The notes under the pieces: generated by a model
Databases searched by the model: none
What the model was told of the DNA's origin: nothing
The model's input: the letters and a program-made list of their open reading frames with translations, nothing else
Shown: positions 58,900 through 64,000 of the stretch, piece after piece
Numbering within the stretch: position 1 is the first letter of the stretch
Layout of the letters: the number at the start of each line of letters is the position of its first letter
Made by a program: the position numbers and the translations under genes
Source: Raillietiella orientalis
Lineage: Eukaryota
Assembly (NCBI GenBank): GCA_036172245.1
Contig: JAYWIR010000028.1
Coordinates: 2,480,001-2,544,000, forward strand
DNA length: 64,000 bases
Reading direction: 5' to 3'

Positions 58900-61800
58900 G
58901 GGATTCTCTTCCCTTTTTCCCGTGCTTCGCCTGTCCTCCGGCGCGGGGGAGAAGGAGCAAAGTTTCCACTCTTCTGAGGAAGCACAGGAAGAACTACTCT
59001 GCTAGATCTCTGGAGCAGGAAGCTGCGGAGGACGCTTTCGACTCTCAGAAGGGAAGATCCAATGAACCGTAGACACACTCCACGAAGGGATTGCAGGAGC
59101 TGCGGACGTGCTGGAGAGGCTCCTGGCGGTCGAGTTTTCTCCTGTGATCCCTGCAATTCTCGAGCTGAAGAAGCAGCTCCGAGAAGGAGCACGGGAGTCC
59201 TCGCTGCGCCGGGAGAGAGACTCCTGAGCCCCCCATCTGGAAAAGGGCAGCTCTGTAGAGTGCATCCAGGAACACCCTTGAGAGGGAGGGAAGGGTGGAG
59301 CGAAGCTCAGTGCGGAGACGCGATGGGTTACCCTTCCTCCTTGGCCACTCTTCCCTCCCTCCCCGTTGGCTCTCTCCTCCTCCTCGATGATGCTACCGAG
59401 ATCGTGGCATCCTGTGGTTCAATGGGCCAGATTCCCCCTTCTTTTTCCTCCGTTTCTCGACCCTTGCGCCACTGCCAGCCATTTCTACCTGGCCATTGTT
59501 GGTAGTCCCGCCACACCCATAGGTGTAGATCAAGGGGAGAGGATGACAGTGTCCATTTCAGAGGATGCCAATTCACGGCTGACGCCTAAGGATCCCTTTT
59601 TCTCTCCCTTTTCACCTTCCTTATCTCGCTCCTCTTCTTCTGGCATCCCATTCTTCGTAAAAGCTTCCCTTCCCTCTCCCTCCACTCTCTTTTCCGCAAT
59701 CGCTCTGGAGGGATCGGGAAAGCATAAAAAAAAAGTCCTTTCCCAAGGCCTTCCTTTTCCCCTCTGACAACCAGCAGTCCCAGTTCCCGTTGAACTCTGG
59801 CATTCTTAGGGAGGCTCTCGGACCCAAGAACCGTTCTTGCTCCAGAGTACGCGACTGCGCACTCATTCCCGTCTTCGCCATTCTGCGAATTTCCCTTCAC
59901 CGGGCACGTAGTCCCGCCGACCACTGACGGCACTTCCGTTTGATCTCCTTCCCTTCCTAAAATGATGACGCTGAGGAAAACCTCCAGCGGAAGCAGACGC
60001 CTATGGTTCCTATAGCTTCCATGGGAAACCCTCGCTGTTGGTCTGACTCCTGGTCTTCCCCTGAGGGAGCGGAAAGCTGTGCTCTCTCTAGTTGCTTCTG
60101 CAGCTTCCCGTTGAGATAGAACATGACCTCTCTCTGGTCCCTGGAATTGTTCTTCCCCTTCCCTGGAGCTGCGGAGGAGGAAAGTGAAGAAGGCTCCCCC
60201 ACGGTGTCTCCCTGACAACTCATACCCTTAACTTCCGCTCTCTCTGCCAACCCAAAAAATTCCGCTCTTCCTCCTTTTTATTCCTACCCTTACTCCCTGC
60301 AAATTTCGCTCTCCTTAAGTAATCGCCTTCCTTCATCTCCGCAGGTGCGAATCCGGAAGCTGCGTTTGGAGAAGGGATGGCTTCCGGAAGCCTCCCTAAG
60401 AATCGGGACTCAACAGTTCGGTTCGCGACACTCCGATCCAGGACGTCCGATGCTCTAGAGCAGGAAAATGCATGAGCGGGCGGTCGCGGCACCTCGAATG
60501 GCCGCCCGCTGGAGGGAGTCGGGGCGAACGTTCTGGCAGCACGCGGAGTGGCGATGGGGACGTCTTCGGAGCCCCTTCCGTGGAGTTTTATGGTGGCCTC
60601 AACATCAGCAGCTTAATCTTCCTCTTGTCGGCCTTCCTTTTTCTTTCCGCTGGATCGTTTTTCTTCCTCCTTGACACGCAATCCTGAAGACCCCTAGTAG
60701 TAGAAGGGATACTGCCTCACCCTGCCTCTTCCTTCCCTCTTGGAGCTCTGCAGGAGCGAGGCAAAGTCTTCCGCCGCTGTCTCCTCCTTTTCCCTCTCCT
60801 TTTTCCCATTGGGTGACCGTTCCTCCCCTGACAAAATGAACCTCCCTGTACGACCAGAACCCCAACACCCAACTGCACCTGCGCCTCCCTTTCCCCACCC
60901 ACCTCCGATCCCGCCGCACTTCATGCGTTCCGAGTGAGATTCTGAAACGCATTTCGTTGTATCCTCCGCAAGTTTACCTTCTCCTGGATACTAGCTCTCT
61001 TCTCTTCTCTTGCACGCTTCTTCCTACCGCTAACCTTTGTGGAATCCAGGGAAGGTAGGGAGAGAAAGCAGGGAGGAAAGGGACGATCTCAAAGGCGAGT
61101 GGGGGAGGGTGAATTCATCGAGGAGAGAAAAGGTCGGGTGGGAGAACGTTCTCGAAGGGATCTCTTTTTCCTTCTTCATCCATTCCCTCTCTGTACAGTT
61201 CCGTCTAAACTCTTTCGACCCTCGAAACTCCCCACCTGACTCCGTTTCCGGAGATTCCCCCCTTCCGTTTTCCCCCGTTTTGTTTGCATCCAGATTGGGG
61301 TCAATCCGAATTTTACATACGAAAAACACGAAAGAGAGGTTTTCTCACATGACGCCTCCTGGAAGCAGGAATTGCACGCGCAGTCAGGCAGCACGGAGGG
61401 CGTGTCCAAGAAACCTCGGAACTTCGCGGAATGCACCTCTTCCCTTCTTCTTCCTCCCTTCCTTCTCTCTTTCCTTTTAAGGAAAAGTGGCTCTCTTCCT
61501 GGAGCGTGCTCTCGAAGGAGACCCTCGAAGTTCGTTCCCGGCGTTGGAGCGTTGCACGCTGATGATAAGCGCCGCGTGGTCCAGCAAACGAGCTGAGCAA
61601 TTAGAAGCGAGGCGGAACTGCACTGTTCCTTCCCGGGAAGAGGAGGAGGAGAGGAGACTTCTTCTGCCTTGGGAATGTCCAAAGTCCAGGATGAGCTGTC
61701 CTTTGCTTCCGGAAGGCTCCCTCCCCTCCGAGAGCGCGAGGTCGCGACGCCAAGGTCTTCGGAGGAAGCAAGGGGGGGAGGTGACCTTGCGCGGCCCGCA

Positions 61801-62900
61801 TTTATCTCGCAATGCTTTGCCCGGAAGGCACAAGATTCGCCTTTGTAGATCTCGGGATCGCTCGCCGCAGGTGCACCGCTGCGTGCTCGTGGAATGGTAC
61901 TGCAATTCCCGGAAACTCAAGTCTTCCTTATTCCAGACGATCCGGTTTCTATTTTCGAATTTCATGGAACAACTGGGGAGCGCTAGGAATCTATCTTCTG
62001 TTCCGTGATGAAGGAGGCGTTGGTCGTTAGTCGCCCAGCAGCAAGCGAGGAGGGTTCTCGAGAGATCTGTCTCGCACGCGCAGGAAGAGTTCGGGCGGAT
62101 TTCACTTCCCGAACGCTTCGTGCGTTCGGATTCCTGGTAATCCTTCGAGAGGGATTCCAGGCCTCATATGCATCCTCCCCTGTTCCCCATTCCTCAACAA
62201 CGCTGTTCTTTGAGAGCAACACATCCCTGTCTTACGCGCAGCCTTTCCACCGAATGGTCCATGGGTCTGTGGGAGATTCCCAACACGAGATCTGTCCCGA
62301 TGAGCACATTTCGTGTTCCTCTTGCCGATTTCCTTTTTCCCATACTTCAGGAGGATGCATAGACTGGATGCAATATAGCCCGGCGGTACTGACTGGCTTC
62401 TGCCTTTGGAAGCAAGCAGCTCTGGAAAGGAAGAGAACGGAAAGAAAGATGGGTGATTCCCTTGCATTTTCTTCTTCCATCAGCTTCTTCTCGGCACTCC
62501 GAAGCGTGGATTCTGGAAAAAGAAAGATTTGGTCCTTTACGAGGTCTGAGAACATCTCAAAGTTCCACTCTTTGTTTTCCAGATGCTGCCTGGAACGAGG
62601 CCCGTGCTCGAAGGCGTCTCTTTCTACACCCTTGACAACAAGGGAAACCTTCCAGAAAGTTTCCGAGTGGAACTCGTGAACGCTGCGGCGCACAGCCACT
62701 CTGGAACCAAATGCAGGGGAAAAACCTTTTTTAAAAGACGAGGGAGAGAAAGGGGAAATTCCTTGCGCCTATGTATCGAGTGGCTTCCAGTTGATCCTTA
62801 CGTCCACTTCCGATTCATTCTCGCACAAGACCCAAGGATGCTCGAACCTTGGTGATTTCGCCACCTTTCCCTCTGGCACAGGTTCTGGCAGCAGCTTTTT
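58900..62900 (-). mobile_element. Helitron linker + PIF1 relic upstream of the Dok-7-like gene
   Basis: SPAFGSRVAVRRSVHEFHSETFWKVSLVVKGVERDAFEHGPRSRQHLEN ~ SPSEGERYYLRLLLHEVPGPTSFEDLRTVDGVLCDTFREACLARGLLED; HPPEVWEK ~ NP..LWEK; VIILGREGDQTEVPSVVGG ~ VILGGDFRQILPVVPGG; LPKNARVQ ~ LTKNMRVQ; RPPGASPAR ~ RPSGLPPHK. Confidence 0.7.
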
Positions 62901-63722
62901 CCCCTCTCACTTCTGTGGGAGCATTTCATGTTTCTTCCCTCACCAAAGAAATTCTGTTTCACTTCGGTCCAGAGTTCGTTTCCTGACTTCGCATCTGGAT
63001 ACGCGATTCTGCGAAAAGTTCCCGAAACAAGCTCTGAGTCCCCCTACCCCCACATTAGACTACGGAGCTTCCGTCCTCTTCCCTTCTGCTCTGAAGAAGA
63101 GAAAAGAAGAGATAAGGTCCCTGCTTTTATGGCTTAGACTCTCGAAGACTTTGGATCCCTCTGCTCGAATCTTCGGAGCCAGACTTTTGGGGTCTGGGAG
63201 AGAGCGAGATTCTTTGCACCTACTCTTTTGATGACCTTGGTCTTCCTTGCATCTTACGATCATTATTGATTCTCACTTATTCTCCTATCTCCTCGTGTGA
63301 CATCGTGTCAATCCTCCTTAGCTTTCTGCGATTTCTCTTGCCACATTGCTACACCCAAATTATAGAGAAATTATTATCGAGAAACTGGGATTTTGGAATG
63401 AATGCTACTGTGACGCTCTGATGCGAACGGTCAGTTTCCCTGAGACTGGTTTCCGGGCTCAATTCCCCAACAACTGTATTATCCTCTATTGAGCTGAAGA
63501 AGATCATGGCTTAAAGAGCTGGAGAGTCGTTTTCCATCCCGCTCAAATGCATTCCTTCAGAGTAATGCGGTCGCATCAGTGCAAACCACACAGGGCTGAA
63601 GGAAGAGCAACAGGACATGATTCCACGACCCCAATCTCCACATCTTGGAGCAGAAGTGAGGAAGGAGATCGGCGGCATTCACCGCCGGTTCTGAGAATAG
63701 GAACGGCAAAACTGCATACCCC

Positions 63723-64000
63723 TGTCCCCGCCCTCCCCCCCAATTTATTCATTTATTGTCCCCTCCCCCCCCCTCCCGTTCCGAACTATCATTGTGCCCG
63801 GCCTGCATGCCGGGAACCCTACTCCCCATCTTCTGTTCCCCTTACCTGGGAACACAGTTCCCAGAAGATATTATTGATAAACGTCCCGGCGCAACCGGGT
63901 AATAAACGACCCCAATCTCACTAGCCAGGGTTAGCTGGATTGGTCATCCCTCAGCGTGCGGAGTCAAAGACCTCCGAGCCTCTTCTGGTTCTTGACAGCT
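63723..64000 (+). mobile_element. LTR-like or element-terminus-like segment, may continue past the window end
   Basis: TGT start, C-rich tracts, three short hairpins (63797-63814, 63846-63864, 63885-63899) and AATAAA at 63901. Confidence 0.3.

Noticed and set aside
1..64000. CRISPR array, rRNA or prokaryotic operon/defence system
   Set aside because: No regularly spaced repeats, rRNA motifs or dense intronless gene organisation; the window is clearly spliceosomal eukaryotic DNA.

Overview
Eukaryotic, intron-containing animal DNA. The 39-48 nt introns and the repeat families suggest an invertebrate, possibly a nematode (inference only). Two apparently intact spliced genes were reconstructed by hand. 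(1) FHIP2/FAM160B-family gene, + strand, 9 exons found at 21300-25083; exon 1 not located; sits in an AT-rich island at about 17500-25700. (2) Dok-7-like PH-PTB adaptor gene, - strand, 56894-33224, 6-7 exons, with introns of 3.0, 6.7 and 11.9 kb. Most of the remaining sequence is a transposon graveyard hidden inside nonsense-looking ORFs: about a dozen very diverged but collinear Helitron Rep/PIF1-helicase relics, several Ty3/Gypsy integrase relics, the 3' end of a NeSL/Utopia-type non-LTR element, and a hAT transposase relic. Three decayed host genes are present: histone H2B (clear), a CNG-channel-like copy and an RNase H2B-like copy (both tentative). No rRNA, tRNA, CRISPR or prokaryotic system was seen. 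I found no demonstrably new biological system. The best leads are the unusual substitution-rich, indel-poor, TpA-poor decay of the repeats, an in-frame GC-AG intron and paired uORFs in the Dok-7-like gene, and two near-identical repeat pairs inside otherwise ancient sequence. All homology calls are by eye against remembered family motifs; no database search was run, and relic boundaries are approximate.
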